Assembly (NCBI GenBank): GCA_031272445.1
Contig: JAISTT010000013.1
Location: 25,875-89,874 of the forward strand
Source of the DNA: Candidatus Endomicrobiellum mastotermitis
Lineage (GTDB): Bacteria > Elusimicrobiota > Endomicrobiia > Endomicrobiales > Endomicrobiaceae
Length of the DNA: 64,000 nucleotides
Direction of reading: 5' to 3'
The position numbers and the translations under genes are program-made. The notes beneath the pieces are model-generated. The model was not told the origin of the DNA, made no database searches, and was given only the letters and a program-made list of their open reading frames with translations. Below are positions 19,894 to 30,226 of the stretch, piece after piece; the stretch's first letter is position 1, and each line of letters starts with the position of its first letter.

Positions 19894-20235
19894 ATGAGGG
19901 AAACGATACATCCAAAATATGAAGAGAGCACAGTTTTGTGTGCGTGTGGTTATACATTTAAAACTCGCTCAACAAAGCCTTTAATAAAACTAGAAATATG
20001 TTCAAATTGTCATCCTTTTTTTACAGGTAAGCAAAAGCTTATAGACACTGCTGGAAGAGTTGAAAAGTTTCAAAGACGTTTTGCCAAAACTGAGGGGAAA
20101 ACTATATTGAGAAAGAAGATTAATAAAGAAGTTCAAACGTCTAGAAAAAGAAAAACTTTAGGAAAAATACTCACTAATTCACCTAAAAAGTCAAAATCTA
20201 TTACGAAGAGAAATAAAGAATCTAAAAAAAATTAG
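19894..20235 (+). CDS. rpmE: 50S ribosomal protein L31 (Zn-binding type) with Lys-rich C-terminal extension
   Basis: [28 protein letters not shown]. Confidence 0.96.
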   Translation: MRETIHPKYEESTVLCACGYTFKTRSTKPLIKLEICSNCHPFFTGKQKLIDTAGRVEKFQRRFAKTEGKTILRKKINKEVQTSRKRKTLGKILTNSPKKSKSITKRNKESKKN

Positions 20236-20259
20236 CTTTATAGATATAAAGATATTACG

Positions 20260-20319
20260 ACAGAGCTTTGTATATATGATGGTTCATGCATATATGTTAA
20301 AAGTTCTGTTATATTTTTT
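20260..20319 (+). terminator. Possible hairpin/terminator after rpmE
   Basis: ACAGAGCTTT (20260-69) pairs with AAAGTTCTGT (20300-09), followed by a T-rich tract; long loop makes it uncertain. Confidence 0.3.
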
Positions 20320-20478
20320 AATTGCTGTTGCTTAGTGATTATGATTATGTAAAAGAGGTTTTTTATAGCCGATTACTCAAAATTTTTCATTGATAATTAT
20401 TAATAAAGAGATTGTCAAGTAATTTTAATTAGTGTTGGTTTTTTATGTGAATTGAGAGGATCATTAAGGATAAAAGCT

Positions 20479-21549
20479 ATGTATTTAGAAAAGTTGAGAT
20501 TGTTAAATGCAGAGTTCAAAGAAGTTGAAATTAAGCTTGGTGATTTATCTATTGTTTTAAATCAAGAAGAGTATAAAAAAATTTTAAAACAGTATTCTTA
20601 TCTTCGCCTGATTGCTGAAAAGTATACGCAATACTCAAAAATTTTAAGCAGCATAAAAGATACAGAAGAGTTAAAGAACTCAGAAGATCCTCAGATAAAA
20701 GAATTGGCTTTTGCGGAATATGGTGAGCTTATTAAAATAAAAAATAAAATTGAGTCTGAAATAAAAGAATTGCTTATACCGCCTGATCCGAATGATGATA
20801 AGAATATTATTGTAGAGATTCGTGCAGGGACCGGTGGTGATGAGGCTGCCTTGTTTGTAGGAGATTTATATAGAATGTATACACGTTTTGCTGAGAAAAA
20901 TGGGTGGAAATATGAAACTCTAGATTCAAATCCTACAGGTCTGGGTGGCTATAAGGAGATTATATTTGAAATAAGCGGTAATGGAGTATGGCGTTATTTT
21001 AAATTTGAAAAGGGTACTCACAGGGTTCAGAGAGTTCCAGAAACGGAAATATCTGGAAGAGTTCATACCTCTGCAGTAACTGTTGCCATTTTCCCTGAAG
21101 CCGAAGAAGTTGATGTTGAAATAAAAATGGAAGACTTGAGAATTGATACTTATAGATCTTCTGGAGCAGGTGGGCAACATGTTAATAAAACAGATTCAGC
21201 TATAAGAATTACACATTTACCTACTGGCCTTGTAGTTGCATGTCAGGATGAGAGAAGTCAAATTAAAAACAGAGCTAAAGCGTTTAAAGTTTTGAGAGCA
21301 AAACTTTATGATAGGAAAATCTTAGAAAATACAAAACAGATTTCAAATGAAAGGAAGTTACAAGTTGGTTCAGGAGATAGATCTGAGAAAATAAGAACAT
21401 ATAATTATCCACAGAATAGGATTACAGATCATAGGATAGGATATAGTGTGCATAATATTAATGAAGTTATGGATGGTGATTTATCGGGACTTGTTAGTAA
21501 ACTCATTGAAGCTGAAATGGAGTTTAAACTTAAGGAAAATAATGGTTAA
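20479..21549 (+). CDS. prfA: Peptide chain release factor 1
   Basis: RAGTGGDEA, RVPET (PxT), GAGGQHVN; AAGGA SD before ATG 20479. Confidence 0.97.
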   Translation: MYLEKLRLLNAEFKEVEIKLGDLSIVLNQEEYKKILKQYSYLRLIAEKYTQYSKILSSIKDTEELKNSEDPQIKELAFAEYGELIKIKNKIESEIKELLIPPDPNDDKNIIVEIRAGTGGDEAALFVGDLYRMYTRFAEKNGWKYETLDSNPTGLGGYKEIIFEISGNGVWRYFKFEKGTHRVQRVPETEISGRVHTSAVTVAIFPEAEEVDVEIKMEDLRIDTYRSSGAGGQHVNKTDSAIRITHLPTGLVVACQDERSQIKNRAKAFKVLRAKLYDRKILENTKQISNERKLQVGSGDRSEKIRTYNYPQNRITDHRIGYSVHNINEVMDGDLSGLVSKLIEAEMEFKLKENNG

Positions 21550-21554
21550 GTTAA

Positions 21555-22409
21555 ATGTTTGGAAGTGAAAATGTTTATGATATTTTGAAAATTGCTGAAG
21601 CATTTTTAGAGTTAAATGGACTTTTTGATGCTAGACCTGATGCTGAAATTCTTTTAAGTTCAGTTCTGAGAATTGAACGCTCAAAACTTCCTATTATGAG
21701 AAATGAAAAGCTCACAGATACACAGAAGTCTAGATATAAACATTATATTTTGAGACGTTCTAGAAGAGAGCCTATAGCGTATATAACTGGTTTTACAAGC
21801 TTTATGTATTTTGAATTTAAAGTAAATAAAAATGTTTTTATACCAAGGCCAGAGACTGAAATTTTAGTGGAAATTGTATTAGAACTTTCAAAAAGAAAAA
21901 GTAAATGTTCATTACTGGATTTATGTACGGGGTCAGGCTGTATAGCTATATGCTTAGAAAAGCTTGGAAAATTTAAGAACGTTATGGCTTTGGATATAAG
22001 TCCAAATGCTCTTATAATTGCAAAAGAAAACGCAAAGATTAATAGTGCTTTAAGCATAGATTTTATTGAAAGTGATATTTTCAACAATGTAAGTGATAAG
22101 ACTTTTGATGTAATTGTGGCAAATCCACCATATGTTTCATATGAAGAATATAAACTTTTAGAGCCAGAGCTTAAGTATGAGCCTCGAAATGCTTTAATAG
22201 CAGAGGATAACGGTTTGTTTTTTTATAAGAAAATAATAGCTGAAGCAGATAAGTATTTAAAGGAAGAAGGGGCTATTTTTGTTGAATTAAATGCGAATAA
22301 AGCTGAAAATATAAAACAAATGTTTTTAAATAACGGTTATAAAAATGTTGAAATAATAAAAGATTATGCTAGGTTACCGAGAATATTAAGGGCAGAAAAA
22401 AAATGTTGA
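21555..22409 (+). CDS. prmC: Release factor glutamine methyltransferase
   Basis: IPRPETE, DLCTGSG, NPPY; follows prfA. Confidence 0.95.
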   Translation: MFGSENVYDILKIAEAFLELNGLFDARPDAEILLSSVLRIERSKLPIMRNEKLTDTQKSRYKHYILRRSRREPIAYITGFTSFMYFEFKVNKNVFIPRPETEILVEIVLELSKRKSKCSLLDLCTGSGCIAICLEKLGKFKNVMALDISPNALIIAKENAKINSALSIDFIESDIFNNVSDKTFDVIVANPPYVSYEEYKLLEPELKYEPRNALIAEDNGLFFYKKIIAEADKYLKEEGAIFVELNANKAENIKQMFLNNGYKNVEIIKDYARLPRILRAEKKC

Positions 22410-22601
22410 AACAAATTTGTACAGATTTATTAGTTAATAAAATGTTATGTGCTGGTTGCTATTTAAAGATTTAAGTGAGCATATAAATTTATATTTATAA
22501 ATAAGTTTAACTCTGTGAAATTTTGTGGTTTATTTATTAGGGTTTTAAGAGATTCCAATTTTGAATGTGATAGATCTAAAAAAGGTTTAAGCAATTATAA
22601 A

Positions 22602-23864
22602 ATGGATAAGATAGTAATACGCGGTGGTAATAAATTAAGTGGTGAAGTAGTCATATCCGGTTCAAAGAATTCTGCTTTGCCTATACTTTTTGCCACTTTA
22701 CTTACAGATGAGCCTGCTAAAATAAATAATGTCCCATCTCTTGACGATATAAATACTACATTGTTGTTTTTAAATTTTATAGGAAAAAAAACAGTTAAAA
22801 AAAAGAATACTGTGGAAGTTTATTCTTCAGAAAGTAGGCTGTATAAGTATATAGCGCCATATGATCTGGTAAGGAAAATGCGTGCAAGTATTTTGATAAT
22901 GGGACCATTATTGGCGAGACTTAAAAAAGTTTACGTGTCACTACCCGGTGGATGTGCTATAGGTGCGAGACCTATAGATATCCATTTAGAGGCGTTCGAA
23001 AAGTTAGGTGCTGAAATTTCAGTTGAAAGTGGATATGTAAGAACTTTTGCTAAGGGTGGACTTAAGGGTACGACAATAAATCTTAGATTCCCAAGTGTGG
23101 GCGCAACAGAAAATGTATTGCTTACTGCAGTTTTGGTTGAAGGGAAGACTATAATTACCAATGCTGCCTGTGAACCAGAAATAGAAGATTTAGCCATTGT
23201 TTTAAATAAAATGGGTGCAAAAGTAACTGGTGCAGGGACAAAGAATATTGTAATAGAGGGAGTAAGAGAACTCCATGGTTTTGAACATAATATAATTCCT
23301 GATAGAATAGAAGCTGCTACGTATATAATAGCTGCAGCGATTACGAAAGGTGAAATTGTTTTAAAAGAAGTTATTCCGCAACATTTGAAATCAATAAATG
23401 ATAAATTAAAAAAAAGCGGGTTATATATTAAGGAGTTAGGTAATAAAATTTATGTGAAATGGATAAAAGATCTGGAACCACAAAATATAAAGACTGGAGT
23501 ATATCCTGAATTCCCTACGGATGTCCAAGCCCAGTGGATGACTTTGATGTGTCTTATAAAAGGGGAATCTAGCATAAAGGAAAATGTTTTTGAAAATAGA
23601 TTCTTACATGTTGCTGAATTGCGAAGATTTGGTGCTGATATTTCTGTGAATGGTAGAGTGGTAAATATTAAAGGTGTTGAAAAATTCTCAGGGGCCTCAG
23701 TAATAGTATCGGACTTAAGAGCAGGAGCGGCTCTTATCTTAGCTGGACTCGCAGCACGTGGTACGACTACTGTTTCAAGGGTTTATCATTTGGATAGAGG
23801 ATACGATATGCTTGAAAAAAAGTTAAAAGAACTTGGAGCCGATATAAGAAGGGTTTTTAGTTGA
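22602..23864 (+). CDS. murA: UDP-N-acetylglucosamine 1-carboxyvinyltransferase
   Basis: MDKIVIRGG start at 22602, SGSKNSALP, LPGGCAIGARP, DLRAGA, HLDRGY. Confidence 0.97.
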   Translation: MDKIVIRGGNKLSGEVVISGSKNSALPILFATLLTDEPAKINNVPSLDDINTTLLFLNFIGKKTVKKKNTVEVYSSESRLYKYIAPYDLVRKMRASILIMGPLLARLKKVYVSLPGGCAIGARPIDIHLEAFEKLGAEISVESGYVRTFAKGGLKGTTINLRFPSVGATENVLLTAVLVEGKTIITNAACEPEIEDLAIVLNKMGAKVTGAGTKNIVIEGVRELHGFEHNIIPDRIEAATYIIAAAITKGEIVLKEVIPQHLKSINDKLKKSGLYIKELGNKIYVKWIKDLEPQNIKTGVYPEFPTDVQAQWMTLMCLIKGESSIKENVFENRFLHVAELRRFGADISVNGRVVNIKGVEKFSGASVIVSDLRAGAALILAGLAARGTTTVSRVYHLDRGYDMLEKKLKELGADIRRVFS

Positions 23865-24290
23865 TTTTTTACTATTTTAAATTTTATAAAAATAATATGA
23901 CTATGTACATTTATTATATATTATATGTGGTTCGACGATTGAAAAAGTGAAGTTTTTTTAATAGAATACGGTATATTAGACAAGTATTGTACTAATTGTG
24001 GTTGTTTCTTTAGTTATGGGGTCAAATTTAACTTACCTTGATAAGAGCATATAAAAAATATAATGTATAAAGATACTGATAAGTGCTAAAACACTAATTA
24101 TAATAGGTCAAGTCAAGAAGTACCATTTTGAAAAGAGTTGCATGATTTTGTGTAAAAGTCTTCTACATTATCTTTGTATAAGTGTTTTTTATAATAGTAC
24201 CATTAGTGAAGTAGCTTAGTTTTAGTTGTTTTGGGTTTTCTATTACATTGCATAATTTGTTTTCATAATTAAGTAGATCATAAATAAAAA

Positions 24291-24358
24291 CACACAATCG
24301 AATTTGCCTAAAGTCCCTGAATTTATAATAGGGTTTAGAAGGTTGAAGATTGTGGGAG
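24291..24358 (+). promoter_or_regulatory. rpsB (S2) leader-like structured RNA
   Basis: CACAATC (24293-99)/GATTGTG (24348-54) stem enclosing CTAAA/TTTAG and CCCT/AGGG, flanked by ACACAC and GTGGGAG, upstream of rpsB. Confidence 0.55.
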
Positions 24359-24438
24359 CCGTAAGATAGAGCTGTAGTATATCAAAAACGGAAGTGCGTT
24401 TTAAGCGTACTGAGAAACCAAAAGACAGGGAGAGAAGT

Positions 24439-25239
24439 ATGATAAATGTTACGATGAAGACTTTACTAGAGGCTGGAGTTCACTTTGGACATCAAACCAG
24501 AAGATGGAACCCCAAGATGTCAAAATTCATTTTTGGCACAAGGAATAAAATCCACATAATTGATCTTCAAAAAACCCTAAAAGAATTAAAAAGGAATTAT
24601 AAAGTTATTAGGGATTGTATATCAGAAGGTAAGAAAATAATATTTGTTGGCACAAAAAAACAGGCACAGAGTTCTGTGAAAGAAGAGGCATTAAGGTGTG
24701 GAGCGTATTTTGTTTCTGAACGATGGCTTGGTGGAACGTTTACAAATTTTGAAACACTAAAAAAATCAATAATGAGATATAGTGAAATAGAGAATATGAA
24801 AAAAGAAAGAGTTTTTGAGCTTCTTTCAAAAAAGGAGCAATCTCAGATTGAAAGAGAGAGAATAAAGCTTGAAAAATCTTTGGAAGGTCTTAAAGAAATG
24901 TCTAATCTTCCAGATATTATGTTTATTGTAGATTCGCATGAAGAAGCGACAGCCGTTTCTGAAGCTAGAAAACTCAATATTCCGATTGTTGCAATTTGTG
25001 ATACAAATTGCAATCCAGACTTGATTAACTATCCTATTCCTGGGAATGATGATGCCATAAGAGCGGTCAAGCTTTTTTGCTCTGTTATTGCAGATGCTGT
25101 TTTAGAGGGGAAGAATCTTGCTCAAAAAAATGAAAGTGTTAGTAATGAAGATTTTGTAAATAAAATGAAAGATGAAAACGAAATTGAATTGAAAAAAGAT
25201 TTAAATATTCATGAAGGAGAAACTAGCAATGTCAACTGA
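24439..25239 (+). CDS. rpsB: 30S ribosomal protein S2
   Basis: [31 protein letters not shown]; ATG 24439 after GGGAG. Confidence 0.98.
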   Translation: MINVTMKTLLEAGVHFGHQTRRWNPKMSKFIFGTRNKIHIIDLQKTLKELKRNYKVIRDCISEGKKIIFVGTKKQAQSSVKEEALRCGAYFVSERWLGGTFTNFETLKKSIMRYSEIENMKKERVFELLSKKEQSQIERERIKLEKSLEGLKEMSNLPDIMFIVDSHEEATAVSEARKLNIPIVAICDTNCNPDLINYPIPGNDDAIRAVKLFCSVIADAVLEGKNLAQKNESVSNEDFVNKMKDENEIELKKDLNIHEGETSNVN

Positions 25240-25825
25240 GCTTATAACTAAGATAAGAGAAATGACAGGTGCAGGAATAATGGATTGTAAAAATGCGCTA
25301 AAAGAGGCAAATAATGATATAGATAAAGCGTGTCGTTGGCTTAGGGAAAAGGGTGTAGCGACAGCTGTTAAGAAGGCTGGAAGATGTGCTAAACAGGGAC
25401 TTATCTATTCATATATACATGGTAACGGTATGCTTGGGACTTTAGTTGAAGTGAACTGTGAAACTGATTTTGTGGCAAAAACTGTGGATTTTCATAATTT
25501 AGTTAAAGAGATTGCAATGCAGATTGCTGCAACAGCTCCTGTTTATGTATCTAGAGATCAAGTTCCAAAAAGTGTAATTGAGTCTGAAAAGAAAATTTAT
25601 AGAGTTCAACTTGAGAAAGAAGGTAAAACTGAAAAAGTTCTAGATAAGATTATTAACGGTAAAGTTGAGAAATTTTATGGTCAGATATGTTTATATGATC
25701 AAGTTTACATTAGAGATACTCATGGGAAAGAAACAATAAAAGATTTAATAACAAATTTTATTGCAAAAATAGGTGAGAATATAATAGTAAAAAGATTTTC
25801 AAGATTTAAACTTGGAGAAGAATAA
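25229..25825 (+). CDS. tsf: Elongation factor Ts (short form)
   Basis: [27 protein letters not shown]; AAGGAG SD before ATG 25229. Confidence 0.97.
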   Translation: MSTELITKIREMTGAGIMDCKNALKEANNDIDKACRWLREKGVATAVKKAGRCAKQGLIYSYIHGNGMLGTLVEVNCETDFVAKTVDFHNLVKEIAMQIAATAPVYVSRDQVPKSVIESEKKIYRVQLEKEGKTEKVLDKIINGKVEKFYGQICLYDQVYIRDTHGKETIKDLITNFIAKIGENIIVKRFSRFKLGEE

Positions 25826-25828
25826 ATA

Positions 25829-26527
25829 ATGTCTTCAAAGAGAGTGCTTTTAAAACTTTCAGGCGAATCTATTTGTGATGGTTTGTCTTCAATAAGTGAA
25901 AGCAGTCTGTTAAGAACTGTAAATGAAATTAAATCCGCTATCTCTTGTAGTGAGGTGCAACTTGCAATTGTAGTTGGAGGAGGGAATATTTGGAGAGGGG
26001 CAGGAAAATTTATAGAGAGGGTTACTGCTGATAATATGGGAATGCTTGCAACAGTTATAAATTCCCTTGCCTTGAATGGCGCATTAACGAAAATAGGTAT
26101 TAGGTCAAGTATATTTTCTGCAAATGGTGTAAGTGGTTTTATTGAGAATTTTGATAAGAAGAAGGTTATTAGTTATATTGAGCGTGGAGATGTAATTATT
26201 TTTGCAGGTGGAACAGGGAAGCCTTTTTGTACTACTGATACTACTGCTGTACTAAGGGCTATGGAAATAAAGGCTGATATGTTGTTGAAGGCTACACAAG
26301 TTGATGGTGTTTATAATGTAGACCCTAAAAATGATAAAAATGCTGTAAAATATGATTCCTTAACTTTTAAAGAGGCCTTAGATAAACATTTGAAAATTAT
26401 GGATACTGAAGTTTTTTCCTTGTGTATGCATTCAAATATATCAATTATTGTTTTTGACTTTTACAAAGACGGTAATTTAAGAAAGGTTTTAAATGGTAAA
26501 AAAATAGGGACAACAGTGGAGGCATAA
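25829..26527 (+). CDS. pyrH: UMP kinase
   Basis: RVLLKLSGE, GGGNIWRG, DNMGMLAT, TTDT, VDGVY. Confidence 0.96.
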   Translation: MSSKRVLLKLSGESICDGLSSISESSLLRTVNEIKSAISCSEVQLAIVVGGGNIWRGAGKFIERVTADNMGMLATVINSLALNGALTKIGIRSSIFSANGVSGFIENFDKKKVISYIERGDVIIFAGGTGKPFCTTDTTAVLRAMEIKADMLLKATQVDGVYNVDPKNDKNAVKYDSLTFKEALDKHLKIMDTEVFSLCMHSNISIIVFDFYKDGNLRKVLNGKKIGTTVEA

Positions 26528-26532
26528 TAAAA

Positions 26533-27093
26533 ATGCAGGCACAAAGTTTGTTTTTAACATCTGAAGATGCTATGAAAAAAACTACAGATAGGTTAAAGTA
26601 TGAATTGTCTTCTATAAGGACTGGTATAGCAAATAGAGCGATAGTTGGAGGTATAAAGGTTAAAAGCTATGGTTCTGTTATTTCTATAAGCCAAATAGCA
26701 ATCATAAATGTTTTAGATGCAAAGACTATAGAAATAAAACCTTGGGATGATTCTCAGCTAGATGCTATAGAAAAAGCTATACTTAAAGCCGATATAGGAA
26801 TAGTTTCGATGATTGATGGAGGAATTGTACGTATTTCAATCCCTTCTCTTACTGAGGATAGAAGAAGGGAAATAGTAAAAACTATAAATAAGATGGCTGA
26901 AGATTTTAAAGTAGCTATAAGAAATGAAAGAAGGATTTTAATTGAAAATATAAAGAAGCTTGAAAAAAATAGAATTATAACTGAAGATGACAAAAAAAAA
27001 TTTGAGATAAAAGCGCAAAAAGTTACTGATGTTTATATAAATAAAGTAGATGAAATAATAGAAGCAAAAGGAAAAGAAGTTATGCAGATATGA
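26533..27093 (+). CDS. frr: Ribosome recycling factor
   Basis: IRTG.AN, IP.LTEDRR, AIRN.RR; follows pyrH. Confidence 0.95.
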   Translation: MQAQSLFLTSEDAMKKTTDRLKYELSSIRTGIANRAIVGGIKVKSYGSVISISQIAIINVLDAKTIEIKPWDDSQLDAIEKAILKADIGIVSMIDGGIVRISIPSLTEDRRREIVKTINKMAEDFKVAIRNERRILIENIKKLEKNRIITEDDKKKFEIKAQKVTDVYINKVDEIIEAKGKEVMQI

Positions 27094-27230
27094 ATGGTAA
27101 TTTTTATAAAGTTTGAATGTTATGTGTTTTACTTGAAAAATTTTCAAAAGATATTCAGGCGTTTTAATGAAATTTTGATATATTAAGGGTAAGTATATTA
27201 CTGATAAATATTGTTGTTAGGAGGGAGGTT

Positions 27231-27404
27231 ATGGTTTATAAAATTGATGTTGATATTTGTGTCGGATGTGGAGCGTGTGCAACAAGTTGCCCTGTTTCTG
27301 CTATTGAGCGAAAAGAAGATAAATATATGATTAATCCGGATATATGTAAAGGATGTGGAGTATGTGAGTCAGCTTGTCCTGTAAATGCTATTTCTGAAAA
27401 TTAA
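27231..27404 (+). CDS. 2[4Fe-4S] clostridial-type ferredoxin, 57 aa (absent from ORF track)
   Basis: MVYKIDVDICVGCGACATSCPVSAIERKEDKYMINPDICKGCGVCESACPVNAISEN*; two CxxCxxCxxxCP motifs; strong SD AGGAGGGAGG. Confidence 0.95.
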   Translation: MVYKIDVDICVGCGACATSCPVSAIERKEDKYMINPDICKGCGVCESACPVNAISEN

Positions 27405-27415
27405 GAGAGAGATTT

Positions 27416-28093
27416 TTGATACCTGGGCACGTAGCTATTATAATGGATGGGAATGGCAGATGGGCAAAGAGAAAATCTTTACCTAGAATTTTTGGACATA
27501 GGGAAGGAGTCAGAACTATAAAAGAGATTGTCGAGGCTGCAAATAGCCTTGGAATCAGGATTTTGACTCTATATGCTTTTTCTACGGAAAATTGGAAAAG
27601 ACCAAAGAGTGAAATAAAATCGTTGTTTTCTTTGATCAGACGATTTATAAGAAAAGAGTTGAAGGGACTAAATGATTTAGGTATCAGACTTAGGATATTA
27701 GGTGACTTGTCAAAATTTCCTGAAAGTATAAGAACTGAAATTGAGAATGCTTGTATAATTACGTCGCGAAATATAAAATTTGAGTTGAACATAGCTTTAA
27801 ATTACGGTGCAAGACAAGAACTTATCCGGGCTTTTGAAATAATGATAAGACAAGGTATAAAAAAACCTACAGAAGAGATGTTATCCTCTTTTTTATATAC
27901 TTATGGCCAACCTGATCCAGACTTACTTATTCGTACCTCAGGAGAACTTAGAGTGTCAAATTTTCTTCTTTGGCAAATTGCGTATTCTGAAATTTATGTA
28001 ACGGATAAACTATGGCCAGATTTTACCAGAGACGATTTAAAAACTGCTATAGTGGCTTTTCAAAAAAGAAGAAGACGTTTTGGAGGATTATAG
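27416..28093 (+). CDS. uppS: Undecaprenyl diphosphate synthase
   Basis: HVAIIMDGNGRWA, FSTENWKRP, IRTSGE.R.SNFLLWQ. Confidence 0.97.
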   Translation: MIPGHVAIIMDGNGRWAKRKSLPRIFGHREGVRTIKEIVEAANSLGIRILTLYAFSTENWKRPKSEIKSLFSLIRRFIRKELKGLNDLGIRLRILGDLSKFPESIRTEIENACIITSRNIKFELNIALNYGARQELIRAFEIMIRQGIKKPTEEMLSSFLYTYGQPDPDLLIRTSGELRVSNFLLWQIAYSEIYVTDKLWPDFTRDDLKTAIVAFQKRRRRFGGL

Positions 28094-28260
28094 TAAGTAT
28101 TAAAATTGTAGAGTCGATATTAAAAACTGGTATCTATTATTGTTTTTAGTTTTAACTATATAAAGTTGTAAAGCGAAAAAAATGTTTTTAATTGTTTGTA
28201 AAATTAGCTTGCATATAATATGATGGATAGATGAAGATTATAGTTTAGGGAGTTTTATGT

Positions 28261-29058
28261 ATGTTGTTAACGAGGATAGTAACGGCAATTATTGGGATGC
28301 CGTTTATTTTTGTTTGTATATATTATGGCAGAGGAGTGTTTTATTGGATGATGTTTTTTATATCATTTTTATGTGTTTATGAGTATCTTGTTATATTGAA
28401 GAAATATAATCCTCATACTTCTGTATCGCTTGTAATGACTGCTGCGTTTTTTGTATTTTTGTACTTTTTTAAAAATTTCCCAGTAGATAAATTAATAGTT
28501 TCTGTTATTGTGATGATGATTGTTCTTTTTGGTGTTGAAATTTTTAAAGAGAATCCGAATTTGTGCATTGTTAGAATATCATCATCTTTTTTAGGAACTT
28601 TTTTTATTCCTCTCGCTTTAATACATATGGTTTATATACGTAATTTAAAAGATGGCAAAGAACTTGTGTTTTTTATTTTTATAGTTATTTGGACTTTAGA
28701 TACGGCAGCTTATGTCTTTGGAAAAACACTTGGTAAACGTAAACTTGCGAAGAATATTAGTCCTAAAAAGACAAGAGAGGGTGCAGTAGCGGGAATTATT
28801 TTTGGTATTTTGGGAGCAGTTATATGTAGATTTGGATTTATGAGTAACATTTTAACTTTGTTGAACAGTGTGATTTTAGGGTTTATAATTGCCATTATAG
28901 GACAATTTTCAGATCTTTCTGAATCTATCATTAAAAGAGATGGTGATGTTAAAGATTCAAGTAGAATATTGCCCGGGCATGGCGGGGTTTTTGATAGATT
29001 TGATTCTTATATATTTGTGGCTCCTGTAGTATATTATGTTTTAAAATTTTTGAGATGA
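28261..29058 (+). CDS. cdsA: Phosphatidate cytidylyltransferase
   Basis: DTAAY, ISPKKT.EG, D..ES..KR...KDS...PGHGG.FDRFD. Confidence 0.95.
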   Translation: MLLTRIVTAIIGMPFIFVCIYYGRGVFYWMMFFISFLCVYEYLVILKKYNPHTSVSLVMTAAFFVFLYFFKNFPVDKLIVSVIVMMIVLFGVEIFKENPNLCIVRISSSFLGTFFIPLALIHMVYIRNLKDGKELVFFIFIVIWTLDTAAYVFGKTLGKRKLAKNISPKKTREGAVAGIIFGILGAVICRFGFMSNILTLLNSVILGFIIAIIGQFSDLSESIIKRDGDVKDSSRILPGHGGVFDRFDSYIFVAPVVYYVLKFLR

Positions 29059-30203
29059 AAAAGATAGTAGTTTTGGGATCATCAGGATCGATAGGGACAC
29101 AAGCTCTTGACATAGCTTGCAACTTGGCAAGTGATATTTGTATTAAAGGACTTGCAGTTGATTCTAATATAGAGATTTTAAAGTTGCAAATTAAAAAGTT
29201 CAAGCCATCTGCAGTATCTGTAAATAATTTTATTGAATCTCGCAATTTAGAAAAGTGGTGTGTTTCCAATAATATAGAAGTTAGTGTTTACAGTGGTCCT
29301 TCTGGATTTGAAAGACTTGTAGAAATGCCGGATGTTGATATGGTTCTTGTTGCTATTGTTGGAGCTGCTGGTCTGAAATCTACAATTGCTGCAATAAAGT
29401 CAAAAAAAGACATAGCTATTGCAAATAAAGAAACTCTTGTCATGGCGGGAAGTTATATAATGGGACTTGCTGCTGAAAAAGGGGTATCTATACTTCCTAT
29501 TGATAGTGAACATTCAGCTATATTTCAATGTTGTATAAGAGAGAAGAAATCTCAAATAAAGAAAATAGTGCTTACAGCTTCTGGAGGACCATTCTATAAG
29601 TATGATAAAGAGTTTTCTAAAATAACTATTGAAGAGGCTTTGAATCATCCTACGTGGAAAATGGGTAGAAAAATAACGGTTGATAGTGCTACTCTTATGA
29701 ATAAAGGGCTTGAGGTTATAGAGGCATCTGTTTTATTTGGAATACCTATAGAGAAAATTGAAATTATAATGCATCCTCAATCTATTTTGCATTCAATGGT
29801 AGAGTATATTGATGGTTCAGTTATAGCTCAACTTTCAAATCCGGATATGAAACTACCGATTCAGTATGCTTTAACCTATCCAGAAAGATTACCGTCAAAT
29901 ATAAAATCATTAAATTTTGTCGATATTGGGAAGTTAGAATTTTTTAAACCAGATTTTAATAAGTTTCCTTGTTTGAAGCTTTCGTATTACGCTGCGAAAA
30001 AAGGGTTTACTATGCCTTCAGTAATGAGTGCTGCTAATGAAGTGGCGGTTGAGGCATTTTTAAATAAAGAGATAAAATTCACAAATATTGCAGAAATTGT
30101 TGAAAAAACCATGTATGCTCATACAATATCAAAAAGTTTGTCATTAGATAGCTTTATTGAAGCTGACTTTTGGGCAAGACATTATGCGAGAAAATTAATT
30201 TAA
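29055..30203 (+). CDS. dxr: 1-deoxy-D-xylulose 5-phosphate reductoisomerase
   Basis: LGSSGSIG, ANKE, PIDSEH, HPTWKMG.KIT.DSA. Confidence 0.97.
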   Translation: MKKIVVLGSSGSIGTQALDIACNLASDICIKGLAVDSNIEILKLQIKKFKPSAVSVNNFIESRNLEKWCVSNNIEVSVYSGPSGFERLVEMPDVDMVLVAIVGAAGLKSTIAAIKSKKDIAIANKETLVMAGSYIMGLAAEKGVSILPIDSEHSAIFQCCIREKKSQIKKIVLTASGGPFYKYDKEFSKITIEEALNHPTWKMGRKITVDSATLMNKGLEVIEASVLFGIPIEKIEIIMHPQSILHSMVEYIDGSVIAQLSNPDMKLPIQYALTYPERLPSNIKSLNFVDIGKLEFFKPDFNKFPCLKLSYYAAKKGFTMPSVMSAANEVAVEAFLNKEIKFTNIAEIVEKTMYAHTISKSLSLDSFIEADFWARHYARKLI

Positions 30204-30226
30204 TTGACAAGGGAAATATATAAATA

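Noticed and set aside
24205-24240. GTGAAGTAGCTTAGTTTTAG..TTTTGGG resembling the 5' half of tRNA-Pro
   Set aside because: No D-stem partner, anticodon stem or T-arm; likely chance.
22515-24438. N-terminal extensions on murA and rpsB in the ORF track (similarly rho, rny, ktrA, 5-FCL)
   Set aside because: Artefacts of longest-ORF calling; downstream ATGs match family N-termini, often with an SD.
25229-25825. EF-Ts looks truncated (198 aa)
   Set aside because: The short EF-Ts form is a known variant in several phyla, and all motifs including the C-terminus are present.
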